Source: an uncultured Acidobacteriota bacterium | Lineage (GTDB): Bacteria; Acidobacteriota; Thermoanaerobaculia; Multivoradales; UBA5704 | Length of the DNA: 64,000 nt | Direction: 5' to 3' | Assembly: GCA_963700145.1 (NCBI GenBank) | Contig: OY969474.1 | Coordinates: forward strand, 5,248,001-5,312,000 | Shown: piece by piece, positions 28,189 through 38,004 of the stretch | Layout of the letters: each line of letters starts with the position of its first letter | Position numbering within the stretch: the stretch's first letter is position 1 | The notes under the pieces: generated by a model | The model's input: only the letters and a program-made list of their open reading frames with translations | The model's database searches: none | What the model was told of the DNA's origin: nothing | Translations under genes and position numbers: made by a program

Positions 28189-28257
28189 GCGCGCGGAGTG
28201 TATCGCCGCGCGCCGCGGTGCTACTCTCGGGGGCCGAACCGATCAGGAGGGAGCAGG

Positions 28258-29211
28258 ATGGCCGCCACCCAGAGCATCCCGACCGTCGATCTCAGCGACT
28301 ACGCCTCCGGCGACGCCGCGACCCGCGACCGCTTCGTCCGCACCCTGGGCGACGGGCTGCGCGAGTTCGGCTTCCTCAACGTCGAGGGGCACGGCGTCGA
28401 GCAGCAGCTCATCCGCCGCGTCTACGACCTCTGGCGACAGTTCTTCGAGCTCGACAACGCCACCAAACAGCAGTACGACCAGAAGCGCGGCGGCGCCCGC
28501 GGCTACACCGCCTTCGGCGTCGAGCACGCCAAGGACAACCCGCACCCGGACTTGAAGGAGTTCTGGCACGTCGGCCAGGAGCCGCGCGACGGCAAGCCGC
28601 TCCCGTCCGACTACCCGGCGAACGTCTGGCCGTCCGAGGTGCCCGAGCTGCGCGAGCCGATGGTCCGCCTCTACCGCCGCCTCGAGGACGTGGCCGCCGA
28701 CCTGCTGCGCGCCCTCGCCGACTACTTCGAGCTGCCGCGTGAGACCTTCGCCGGCATGATGGACTTCGGCAACAGCATCCTGCGCGTCATCCACTACCCG
28801 GTGGTGCCGCAGGGGGTGGAGCCCGGCGCCGTGCGCGCCGCCGCGCACGAGGACATCAACCTGATCACGCTGCTCTGCGAGTCGACCGACTCGGGGCTCG
28901 AGATCCTCTCCCGCGAGGGGGAGTGGCTGCCGGTGCAGTCCGGGCCCGGGCAGATCGTGGTCGACGCCGGCGACATGCTGTCGCGCGTCACCAACGAAGT
29001 GGTGCCGGCGACGACGCACCGGGTCGTTAACCCACCGGACGGCTCGGGGCGCGAGCGCTACTCGATGCCCTTCTTCGTCCACCCCTACTCCGACTGCGAC
29101 CTGACGATCCTGCCGCGCTTCGTCTCCGAGGACCGGCCCCCGAAGTACCCGCCGATCACCGCCGGCGCGTTCCTGGAGGAGCGGCTGCGGGAGATCGGGC
29201 TCAAGAAGTAG
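28258..29211 (+). CDS. 2OG-Fe(II) oxygenase, isopenicillin N synthase-like superfamily
   Basis: LRVIHYP, AHEDINLITLL, THRVVN, RYSMPFF. Confidence 0.92.
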   Translation: MAATQSIPTVDLSDYASGDAATRDRFVRTLGDGLREFGFLNVEGHGVEQQLIRRVYDLWRQFFELDNATKQQYDQKRGGARGYTAFGVEHAKDNPHPDLKEFWHVGQEPRDGKPLPSDYPANVWPSEVPELREPMVRLYRRLEDVAADLLRALADYFELPRETFAGMMDFGNSILRVIHYPVVPQGVEPGAVRAAAHEDINLITLLCESTDSGLEILSREGEWLPVQSGPGQIVVDAGDMLSRVTNEVVPATTHRVVNPPDGSGRERYSMPFFVHPYSDCDLTILPRFVSEDRPPKYPPITAGAFLEERLREIGLKK

Positions 29212-29222
29212 CGGGAGGCCGC

Positions 29223-30053
29223 GTGGAGGACCCGGGGCGCCCGCGCATCCGGCCGCCGGCCGTCGCCGGGAGCTTCTACCCCGCGGATCCCGAGACGCTG
29301 CGCGCGACGGTCGAGGAGCTGCTCGACGACGCCGAGCGCGCCGCCCCCGCCGCCCGCTCCGGCCCGCCTCCCAAGGCGGTCATCGCCCCCCACGCCGGCT
29401 ACGTCTACTCGGGCCCCGTCGCCGCGACCGCGTTCCGTGCGCTGGCGGCGCGGCGCGCGCCGCCGCAGAAGATCGTGCTGATCGGCCCCTCTCATCGTGT
29501 GCCGGTGCGCGGCCTGGCGCTGCCGGGATCCGAGATGCTGGCGACGCCGCTCGGCGTGATCCCGATCGACCGCGAAGGGGCGGGCGCGGCGCTGCGGCTG
29601 CCGCAGGTCCTAGTGCAGCCCGAGGCGCACGCCCGCGAGCACTCGCTGGAGGTCGAGCTGCCGTTCCTGCAGCTCCTCTTCCCGGAGGCCGAGGTGCTGC
29701 CCCTGGTCGTCGGCGGGGCGAGCCCCGAGGAAGTGGCGGAGGTCCTGGAGCGGGTGTGGGGCGGGGAGGAGACGGTCGTCGTCGTCAGCTCCGACCTCTC
29801 GCACTACCTGCCGTACGACGAGGCGCGCGAGGTGGACGCGGCGACGGCGCGGCAGGTCGTGGCGCTCGCCGGGCCGCTCGCTCCCGACCAGGCGTGCGGC
29901 GCGCGGGCGATCAACGGCCTGCTGATGGCGGCGCGGCGGCGCGGGTTGGCGGCCGAGCTGCTGGATCTGCGGAGCTCCGGGGACACCGCCGGGCCGCGAG
30001 ACCAGGTGGTGGGGTACGGGGCGTTCGGGTTTTCTTCCTTGGAGGCGGCGTGA
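29223..30053 (+). CDS. amrB: AmmeMemoRadiSam system protein B (MEMO1 family)
   Basis: RPPAVAGSFYP, PHAGYVYSG, EHSLEVELPF, SSDLSHY, VVGYG. Confidence 0.93.
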   Translation: MEDPGRPRIRPPAVAGSFYPADPETLRATVEELLDDAERAAPAARSGPPPKAVIAPHAGYVYSGPVAATAFRALAARRAPPQKIVLIGPSHRVPVRGLALPGSEMLATPLGVIPIDREGAGAALRLPQVLVQPEAHAREHSLEVELPFLQLLFPEAEVLPLVVGGASPEEVAEVLERVWGGEETVVVVSSDLSHYLPYDEAREVDAATARQVVALAGPLAPDQACGARAINGLLMAARRRGLAAELLDLRSSGDTAGPRDQVVGYGAFGFSSLEAA

Positions 30054-30634
30054 GCCGCGTGCGCGAGGTGGTGGAGCCGCTGGCCGCGCCGGACGCCGCG
30101 GCGCGCGGGCGCCTTCTCCTGGCGCTCGCCCGCGCGGCGATCGAGGAGGCGCTCGGCGCCGGCCTCTGCGCGGTCTGCGACGAGCCCTGGTTGCGCGAGC
30201 CCGGCGCCTGCTTCGTCACCCTACGGCTCGACGGCCTGCTGCGCGGCTGCGTCGGCTCGGTGCGCGCCGTCCGCCCGCTCGGCGAGGACGTGCGCGCCAA
30301 CGCCCGTGCCGCCGCGCTCGACGATCCGCGCTTCCCGCCGCTGCGCGCGGCCGAGCTGGCGGGGCTCGCGGTCGAGCTGTCGCTGCTCTCGCCGCTCGAG
30401 CCGCTGCCGGCGGCGACCGAGGAGGCGCTCCTCGCCGCCCTCCGGCCCGGCGCCGACGGCATCGTCCTCGAGCTCGGCAGCTTCCGCGCCACGTTCCTGC
30501 CGCAGGTCTGGGAGCAGGTCCCCGAGCCGCGCCAGTTCCTCGCCGCGCTCAAGCAGAAGGCCGGCGTGCCGCAAGGCTGGTGGGGGAGCGGCGCCCGCGC
30601 CTGGCGCTACGAGGTGACCAAGTGGAGCGAGTGA
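30050..30634 (+). CDS. amrA: AmmeMemoRadiSam system protein A (AMMECR1 family)
   Basis: FVTL..LRGCVG, DPRF.PL, ATFLPQVWEQ, KQKAG. Confidence 0.92.
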   Translation: MSRVREVVEPLAAPDAAARGRLLLALARAAIEEALGAGLCAVCDEPWLREPGACFVTLRLDGLLRGCVGSVRAVRPLGEDVRANARAAALDDPRFPPLRAAELAGLAVELSLLSPLEPLPAATEEALLAALRPGADGIVLELGSFRATFLPQVWEQVPEPRQFLAALKQKAGVPQGWWGSGARAWRYEVTKWSE

Positions 30635-32064
30635 AGCGCCAGCGCGCCGCGGCGGCGCTCCTCCTCGCCGTCGCCGCGCCGCCCCCGCCATCCCCGCCGG
30701 TGTCCCCGATACCGCGCGGCGAGGTGGTGCCGAAGATCGTCTGCGCCGCCGATCCGACGACCTCTTACGCCCTCTACCTCCCCAAGGCCTACACCCCCGA
30801 GCGGAAGTGGCCGGTGATCTACGTCTTCGACTCGCGCGGCATTCCGATGGACCGCGAGATGATCGAGCTCTTCCGCGCCGGCGCCGAGCGCTACGGCTGG
30901 GTGGTGGCGAGCGCCAACGAGTCCACGACTCTGGGGACGATGGACGCCAACATCCAGCGCATGCGCTCGATGTGGGTGGACACCCACGCCCGCCTCGCCC
31001 TCGACGACCGCCGCGTCTACGGCTACGGCTTCTCGGGGCTGAGCCGCACCGTCGTCACCCTCGCCTTGGCCGCGCCCGGCACCTTCCACGGCGTCATCGG
31101 CGCGCAGGGCGGCTTCCCCGGCGCGCGCCCGCCTGCGGCGAAAGAGCAGGCGCTTTCCTTCTTCGGCACCGTCGGCGACCGCGACTTCAACTACTACGAG
31201 ATGCTGGAGCTCGATGCGCGCCTCGAAGAGCTGGGCGTGCCGCACCGCATCGAGGTCTTCGACGGCAGCCACGAGTGGCCGCCGGAGGAGCTGGTGACTT
31301 TGGGGATGGGGTGGCTGGAGCTGCTGGCGATGCGCGACGGGCGGCGCGCGCCCGACGCGGCCGTCGTCGAGCCGCTCTGGAGCGCCGACCTCGCCAAGGC
31401 GCGCGAGCACGAGGCGGCGGGGCGGTTGTGGGCCGCCTGGCGGGCCTACAAGGCGCTCGCCGCCGACTACCGCGGCCTGCGCGACACCGCCGACCCCGAG
31501 CGCAAGGCCGCCGAGCTGGGCAGGAGCGAAGCGCTGCAGCGCGACCTGCGTGAGCGCGCGCGGCGCGACCAGCGCGACCGCGAGGCGCTGGTGCGCGCGC
31601 CGGCCGCCTTCGAGGCGGCGGGTTTGGAGCCGCGGCCCGGCGGCGTCCAGAAGCTCCTCGCCGACCTCGACGTGCCGCAGCTCCAGGCGCGCAAGGCGGC
31701 GAACGACGCGGAGGAGCGCAAGTCCGCCGAGCGCGTCCTCTACGCCCACTACATGCAGGCCGGGATCTACCTCCCGCGGGCGGCGATGGCGGCGGGGCAA
31801 TGGGACCGCGCCATCCTCTTCCTGCAGACCGCCGCTGCGATCAACCCCGAGAGCCCGCGCATCCCTTATCGCCTCGCCACCGCCTGGGCCGGCAAGGGCG
31901 ACCGCGACCAGGCCTTCGCCGCGCTCGCCCAGGCCGTCGCCATGCGCGGCACGACGCCCGCGGAGCTGGAGTCCGACCCCGGCCTCGCCCCGCTGCGCGG
32001 CGACGAGCGCTTCGCCGCGCTCCTCGCCGAGCTGCGGCGGATGCCGCCCGCCGAGCCCCGGTGA
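30631..32064 (+). CDS. Secreted alpha/beta-hydrolase (esterase-like) with C-terminal TPR
   Basis: YALYLP..WPVIYVFD, GFSG nucleophile elbow, FDGSHEW; TPR ending DPGLAPLRGDERF. Confidence 0.8.
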   Translation: MKRQRAAAALLLAVAAPPPPSPPVSPIPRGEVVPKIVCAADPTTSYALYLPKAYTPERKWPVIYVFDSRGIPMDREMIELFRAGAERYGWVVASANESTTLGTMDANIQRMRSMWVDTHARLALDDRRVYGYGFSGLSRTVVTLALAAPGTFHGVIGAQGGFPGARPPAAKEQALSFFGTVGDRDFNYYEMLELDARLEELGVPHRIEVFDGSHEWPPEELVTLGMGWLELLAMRDGRRAPDAAVVEPLWSADLAKAREHEAAGRLWAAWRAYKALAADYRGLRDTADPERKAAELGRSEALQRDLRERARRDQRDREALVRAPAAFEAAGLEPRPGGVQKLLADLDVPQLQARKAANDAEERKSAERVLYAHYMQAGIYLPRAAMAAGQWDRAILFLQTAAAINPESPRIPYRLATAWAGKGDRDQAFAALAQAVAMRGTTPAELESDPGLAPLRGDERFAALLAELRRMPPAEPR

Positions 32065-32951
32065 GCGCGGCCGCACCGGCGATCTCCGTCGTCGTGCGGA
32101 CGCTCGGCTCCAGCCGCGTCGCCGAGGCGCTGGCGAGCCTGGCGCGCCAGACCCGGCGCGACTTCGAGGTCGTCCTCGTCGACATGAGCGGCGGCCGGAT
32201 CGACGCCGCGCTGGAGCCCTTCGCGCCGGAGCTTCCCTCCTGCCGCCGGCTGGCGCCGGGCCGCCGCCTGTCGCGCCCGGCGGCGCTCAACGCCGGCGTC
32301 GCCGCGGCGCGCGCGCCGCGCATCGGCGTCCTCGACGACGACAACCTCTACGACCCCGATCAGCTCGCGCGGCTGGCCGACTTCCTCGATTCGACGGGCG
32401 CCGACTACGTCTATGCCGGCGTCCGGCACGCCACCTATACTGCCCAGGGCGTCCCCCTCGCCTGCCGCGAGGTGTCGGTTCCCTTCCGCCTCGACCTCCT
32501 GCTCCTCGGCAACTACATCTACGCCACCGGCTCGCTCTACCGCAAGGCGGCCTGGGAGCGCGTGGGGGGCTACGACGAGCGCTTCACCGTCTTCGAGGAC
32601 TGGGACTTCATCCTCCGCGTCGCGCAGGCGGGGAGCGTCGCGCACCTGCCGGGCATCGCCGGGGAGTCGAGCAAGTTCACCGGCCGCGACGATCTCGCCA
32701 ACTTCGACCTGGAGCTCGCCGCCGTCCGCCGCTGCCTGGCCGGGGTCTACTGGAAGCACCGCCGCTTCTATCGCGGCGCGCTGCGGCATGAGCTGAAGAT
32801 TGCCGCGGCGGAGCACTGCCGCCGGCGCGTGCCGGCGCGGCGGGGATTGCTGGCGCGGACCGTGGCGGGGTGGCGGCTGGAGCTCGCCCGAGACCTCGCG
32901 GCCTGGTGGTGGGGCAACCTCACGGCGGCCGCCCGGCGGAGCGCCGGGTGA
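32061..32951 (+). CDS. Glycosyltransferase family 2
   Basis: ALNAGV, LDDDN, GGYDE..EDWDF. Confidence 0.88.
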   Translation: MSAAAPAISVVVRTLGSSRVAEALASLARQTRRDFEVVLVDMSGGRIDAALEPFAPELPSCRRLAPGRRLSRPAALNAGVAAARAPRIGVLDDDNLYDPDQLARLADFLDSTGADYVYAGVRHATYTAQGVPLACREVSVPFRLDLLLLGNYIYATGSLYRKAAWERVGGYDERFTVFEDWDFILRVAQAGSVAHLPGIAGESSKFTGRDDLANFDLELAAVRRCLAGVYWKHRRFYRGALRHELKIAAAEHCRRRVPARRGLLARTVAGWRLELARDLAAWWWGNLTAAARRSAG

Positions 32952-33733
32952 CGGCGGCCGTGCTCGCCGACCCGGCGGTCCGGCGTCTCGTCGTCACCGG
33001 CCACCCCAATCACGAGCTGGCGATCCTCGGCCTCGTCCAGCGCCTCCGCCCGCGGCTCCTCTTTCTGACCGACGGCGGCGGCGCGCAGCGGGTCGCCGAG
33101 TCGCGGCAAGTCCTGAGCTGGCTCGGCCTCCTCGACCAGGCGCGCTTCCTGCCGCTGCCCGAAACGGCGCTCTACCGCGCGTTGCTCGACGGCGACCTGC
33201 CCTTCTTCGCCGCGCTCGCCGCCGAGGTGCGGCGGGAGATCGAGGCGCATGCGCCGGCGCAGGTGCTGTGCGAGAGCGTCGAGCACTACAACCCGCTCCA
33301 CGACCTGACGCTGCCGCTCGTCCGGGCGGCCACGCGCGGCATGGCGGGCGTGGACGTCATGGAGTTCCCCCTCATCGCGCAGCTCCCCGGCCCCGGCGAG
33401 CGCTACCGCGTGCAGCGGCTCCCCGTGGCCCGGCAGGGCGAGGCGATCGAGCTGCGGCTGACGGCGGCGGAGCTGGCGGCCAAGCTGGAGGCGCGCGACC
33501 ATCGCTACCCCAGTCTGCGAGGCCAGCTCGGGGGGGTGCTCGAATCGGTCGCCGACGAGGACGCCGGGTTGGAGGTCTTCGCGCCTGCCGCTGTGGCGCT
33601 CGCCGAGCCGGGACCCGCGGACGTCCTGCGCTACGAACAGCGCGGGCGGCTGCTCCAGAAGCGCGGCGAGGTGGAGCAGGTCATCACCTATCGCGAGCAC
33701 TACCTGCCGGTGGCCGCGGCGCTCACGATCTAG
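32948..33733 (+). CDS. Hypothetical protein, LmbE/PIG-L-like N-terminus
   Basis: VVTGHPNHEL..LTDG..EHYNPLHD; translationally coupled to the GT2. Confidence 0.6.
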   Translation: MTAAVLADPAVRRLVVTGHPNHELAILGLVQRLRPRLLFLTDGGGAQRVAESRQVLSWLGLLDQARFLPLPETALYRALLDGDLPFFAALAAEVRREIEAHAPAQVLCESVEHYNPLHDLTLPLVRAATRGMAGVDVMEFPLIAQLPGPGERYRVQRLPVARQGEAIELRLTAAELAAKLEARDHRYPSLRGQLGGVLESVADEDAGLEVFAPAAVALAEPGPADVLRYEQRGRLLQKRGEVEQVITYREHYLPVAAALTI

Positions 33734-34297
33734 TTTGTCTGTGGGGCAGACCGCCTCTCTTCCAGCATCTGCACAAAGTGCTCAAGCAGGAGGTGGTGGA
33801 AGAACTTGTAGCTCCCCTCCGGTCTCTGAAGCAGTCCTCGGTCGGTTGCGTAGCCTAGGAAGGGGATAAATCCGCGAGGGACCCGCCCTCGCAAGCGCAG
33901 GATCGCCCGGATGGTGAAATGTTGCACGAAGTCGAGCCCACCGAACGCGAGGCCCACCCAGAGTATGAGCCAAGCCGACAGGCAGAGCCACAGAGAGGCT
34001 ATTCCAAAGGACTCTCGGCAATTCGGCCATAGGGTTCCACGCGGTGGCAATTAGGACCAAGGTAATCAGAATAATCCCACCTGTACCGCCGCGGAGTGCC
34101 CACCAGCCGGTGTTACGTAACGCTCTCCAGGTCCCTTCGTTGGGCCAGACTGTTTTCTTGAGGGGCTTCCCGGCGAAGCCGCCGATCGTGCCGCCGAGAA
34201 GGACGCCGAGCATGCCGAACAACGGGACGAACAGGAATGCGAGGGAGTGAATTGTGTGAAGCCTAGGGTTGGCGCGGGCGATGAAGCCGAGTGCCAA
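33730..34297 (-). pseudogene. Orphan, frameshifted C-terminal fragment of a NACHT-TM paralog
   Basis: VWPNEGTWRALRN..FGGLDFVQHFTIRAILRLRG..GSYKFFH matches the end of 35323..37920; frameshift near 33975. Confidence 0.85.
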
Positions 34298-35317
34298 GGC
34301 TACGACTTCTCGGGGCTGAGCCGTACCGTCGTCACGCTCGCCCTGGCCGCGCCCGGCACCTTCCACGGCGTCATCGGCGCGCAGGGCGGCTTCCCCGGCG
34401 CGCGCCAGCCGGCGGCGAAGGAGCAGGCGCTGCCCTTCTTCGGCACCGTCGGCGACCGCGACTTCAACTACTACGAGATGCTGGAGCTCGACACGCGCCT
34501 CGAGGAGCTGGGCGTGCCGCACCGCATTGAGGTCTTCGACGGCAGCCATGAGTGGCCGCCGGAGGAGCTGGTGACGCTCGGGATGGGGTGGCTCGAGCTG
34601 CTGGCGATGCGCGACGGGCGGCGCGCCCCGGACGCCGCCCTGGTCGAGCCGCTCTGGAGCGCCGACCTCGCCAAGGCGCGTTAGCACGAGGCGGCGAGCC
34701 GGCTGTGGGCCGCCTGGCGGGCCTACAAGGCGCTCGCCGCCGATTAGCGCGGCCTGCGCGACACGGCCGACCTCGAGCGCAAGGCCGCCGAGCATGGCCG
34801 GAGCGAGGCGCTGCAGCGCGATCTGCGGGAGCGGGCGCGGCACGACCAGCGCGACCGCGAGGCGCTGGTGCGCGCGCCGGCCGCCTTCGAGGCGGCGGGG
34901 TTGGAGCCGCGACCCGGCGGCATCCAGAAGCTCCTCGCCGACCTCGAGGTGCCGATGCTCCAGGCGCGCAAGGAAGCGAGCGACCCGGACGAGCGCAAGT
35001 CCCGCGTCCTCTACGCCCACTACATGCAGGCCGGCATCTACCTGCCGCGGGCGGCGATGGAAGCGAAGCAGTGGGACCGCGCGATCTTCTTCCTCCAGAC
35101 GGCGGCCGAGATCGACCCCGAGAGCGGGCGCATCCCGTACCGGCTGGCGACGGCGTACGCGGGGAAAGGGGACCGGGAGGCGGCGCTCGTTGCGCTCCGC
35201 CGCGCAGTTAAAATGGGTGGCACCACCCGCGCCGAGCTCGAATCGGATCCCGCCCTCGCACCCTTGCGTGACGAAGAAGGCTTCCGCGCTCTGATGGCAG
35301 GCCTGCCGCGGCCCTGA
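34298..35317 (+). pseudogene. 5'-truncated duplicate of the hydrolase-TPR gene 30631..32064
   Basis: Colinear with 31021 onward; in-frame TAG at 34682-34684 and 34745-34747. Confidence 0.92.
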
Positions 35318-35322
35318 CGGAC

Positions 35323-37920
35323 CTATCTGTCCCGCGATCCGTCCTCTGACTCGGCGAAGTAGCGGAGGAGCTGCGGATGGTAGAACTTGTAGCTGCCGCC
35401 GACCTGCTGGAGCAGGCGACGGTCGATCGCGTCGTCCAGGAACCGCACGAGCCCCGGGGGGAAACGGCCCTTCAGGCGCAAGATCGCACGAAGCGTGAAG
35501 TGCTGGGCGAAGTCGAGCCCTCCGAAAAGGAGCCCTATCCAGAAGCCGAACGCCAAGCTCACGCCCATCGCGATCGAGACGTCCTGCCAGTCGACAGGCT
35601 GACCTTGGCTCAGGTCGACGGCAATCAGCAAGGCCAGTGCGAGCGCCATGACGCCGCCGGCGCCGAGCGTCAGCACGGCGGTGTTGCCCAGGCCGCGCCA
35701 AGTGCCCTGGTTGGGCCACACGTTCCGCTCGAGTCGCCGTTTGCCGATGCGGCCAACCATCCCGCCGAGCAGCCCACCGAGGCCGACGAGGTAGGCGATC
35801 AGCTGTGACCACTTCCAGACTCCGAGGGCCCGCAGCGTCGGACTCATCAGAGCGAGCGCGGAGAACACCACGCCGACGAAGCCGCCCCAGAAAGCGCCGA
35901 GCCCGGCGCCACGCCAGGACCATCTCCCCCACTTGAGACTTTCGGCGACGTGCACGTCGTGCCGTGCGTCGCGCCGAGCGCCGCGGGATCCGAAGCCGAT
36001 TCCGACCCACCCGGCGAGCAGAACCGCCGCGATGAGAAATCCGCGATTTGTGGGGCCAAGACCCGTGAGTTGCTCCCCCCCCAGGAATTGGACGAAGAGG
36101 AGCAGCACCGCAACGCCGACGAAGACCAGGAGACCGCGTACGATCGGGTACCCCAAGCCCCATCTGGTGGCGCTGCCCCGCTGCCTCGAATGCCGCAGGG
36201 TGACGGCATCCACCCCGCCGGCGAGCGCTCCCGCCAACAGGCCCAAGAAGAGGATCCAGACGAGAGGGAAAGAGGAATAGAACCAGGCCAGCGGCAGAGC
36301 GATCAGGGCACCACCGATCGCTCGGGAGGCGAGAGCGTAGGCCCAGATCTCCGCGCGGCTGGCGAGCCAGGACGGCTGGAGGCGTTCGATCTGGAACAGC
36401 GATGGGTCGTGCTCGGCCATGCGGCGGGCGAGCCAGGACAGCACGCGCCGCGCCGCGGCCATACGACGACGGCGCTGCCGAATAGGTTCCTCCCGGTCCC
36501 GCCGCTTCCCCCGCCAGCGCCGCGGCAGCAAGCGGTTTGTATGAAGCGGTCGCCTCGTGGGGAGGCGAGGTGGGCGTTGCGGCTCCAGCGCCTTCTTGAC
36601 GTGCGCTGCCAGCACCTCCTCCTTTGTGGGGACGCCGATCTCCTCGCGCTGCATGTCGCGATACGTCCGCTCGAGGAGGTTGAGGAAAAACGGTGAGGCG
36701 GCAATCTCCCGTAGCTCGGCGCTCTCCTTGATCGCCTCACGCAACCCTGCCAGCTGTGGGCCGCCGCCGGCCAAGTAGTTGTGCACTTGAGCCTCCGTCA
36801 GCGGCTTTAGGACCAAGGCTTTCTCCAGACGCAACAGCAGCTTCTCGTACTCGTAGACATCCGTACGGCAGCAGACCGCAAGGCGCGCCTCGCCTCCCCG
36901 AGCGTCCAGGTAGTCGTTGATGGCGCCTACGCAGTCGTCCCGGAAGTCGGCGGCGACCTCGTCGAGTCCGTCGAGAAGCGGCAGGATTGCGTTCTGTCGT
37001 ATCCACTTCTTGGCCCGTTTTCCCGGCTCCCGGTAGTGCGTCCTGAGCTCGCCGACCATCCACTTGTGAAGCTGCGATGGCCACCCCCGCCATGAGCCGA
37101 GGTTGAAAACGACCGGAATGGGTGCTTCGGAGTTCGTCCGGGCCAGTCGACCCAGCTCCCGGGCGAGCTCCAGCAGGGCGATGGTCTTGCCTGCGCCCGA
37201 TTCGCCCATGATGAGCAGGCTTCTGTGCGTGAAAAGGTCGTGGATCGGCTCGGCGACTTGGAGGTCGGGTTCCGGCGGCGCGAGCGGAGAGACTGGAAGG
37301 GGCCGCCCGACCGCCTGCGGACGCTCTTCCCGCATGATCTCGATCCGGCGCCCCTCCGGTAGCGAGGGCAGGAGAACCCCTTCGAGCCAGTCCCCTTGGA
37401 CCTTCTTCCAGATAGCCATGAGCAGCCGGCGCTCTTCCGTTAACGAGGCATTCCTGTCCAGGTGATCTTTGATCGCCGCGTACACCTTCTCCGCGAGGTC
37501 ACTTGGGCTGTAGAAGGTCTTGAGCGTATGTCTGAGCTTTAGACCGTTCTTCATCTCGGCGAGACGATGTGCGGCCACTCCCTCGTCGACGTATTTGGAA
37601 GGCCATGTCGCCTGTAAGGAGTCGTGGGCCAGGAAGGCGAAGATCGGTCGGTCCAAGGTCTCTGCCGTGCGCAACTCGCGCTCGGTGATGGAGAAAGGGG
37701 ATCCAGGCGGCACGTGCCCATACCGCCAGGCGTAAACACCGACGAAGAAATTGGCGTTGACGACGTCCTGGATGCACGCCTCGACCGGTTCCTCACTGCG
37801 GCCGGGCATGGTTTCCATCCACAGCACCTCGAACCCTTTCTCGTCCAGCAGGTGCGCGACGGCTTCGCGGTAGGGCACCAAGTCATTCTGCGTGCTGGAG
37901 ATGAAGACTCTGTTGGCCAT
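35323..37920 (-). CDS. DUF4062-NACHT NTPase with C-terminal multi-TM region (NLR-like)
   Basis: VFISST.DL..YR..RYG..SITE.E (DUF4062); GESGAGKT; LLDGLDEV; glycine-rich TM repeats. Confidence 0.9.
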   Translation of the reverse strand: MANRVFISSTQNDLVPYREAVAHLLDEKGFEVLWMETMPGRSEEPVEACIQDVVNANFFVGVYAWRYGHVPPGSPFSITERELRTAETLDRPIFAFLAHDSLQATWPSKYVDEGVAAHRLAEMKNGLKLRHTLKTFYSPSDLAEKVYAAIKDHLDRNASLTEERRLLMAIWKKVQGDWLEGVLLPSLPEGRRIEIMREERPQAVGRPLPVSPLAPPEPDLQVAEPIHDLFTHRSLLIMGESGAGKTIALLELARELGRLARTNSEAPIPVVFNLGSWRGWPSQLHKWMVGELRTHYREPGKRAKKWIRQNAILPLLDGLDEVAADFRDDCVGAINDYLDARGGEARLAVCCRTDVYEYEKLLLRLEKALVLKPLTEAQVHNYLAGGGPQLAGLREAIKESAELREIAASPFFLNLLERTYRDMQREEIGVPTKEEVLAAHVKKALEPQRPPRLPTRRPLHTNRLLPRRWRGKRRDREEPIRQRRRRMAAARRVLSWLARRMAEHDPSLFQIERLQPSWLASRAEIWAYALASRAIGGALIALPLAWFYSSFPLVWILFLGLLAGALAGGVDAVTLRHSRQRGSATRWGLGYPIVRGLLVFVGVAVLLLFVQFLGGEQLTGLGPTNRGFLIAAVLLAGWVGIGFGSRGARRDARHDVHVAESLKWGRWSWRGAGLGAFWGGFVGVVFSALALMSPTLRALGVWKWSQLIAYLVGLGGLLGGMVGRIGKRRLERNVWPNQGTWRGLGNTAVLTLGAGGVMALALALLIAVDLSQGQPVDWQDVSIAMGVSLAFGFWIGLLFGGLDFAQHFTLRAILRLKGRFPPGLVRFLDDAIDRRLLQQVGGSYKFYHPQLLRYFAESEDGSRDR

Positions 37921-38004
37921 GGCGGGTGACACCGGGGTTCCTCGATTGAGGTAAACCGCGGGTGGAGCGCGTTCCAGAAGTGTGGGAGGATCTTAACAAG
38001 AACG

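Noticed and set aside
28258-29211. Penicillin/cephalosporin biosynthesis
   Set aside because: Generic 2OG-Fe(II) oxygenase with no NRPS nearby
33782-36163. 793-aa minus-strand ORF
   Set aside because: A chimera of an off-frame NACHT reading, the antisense of the hydrolase pseudogene, and part of the orphan NACHT fragment
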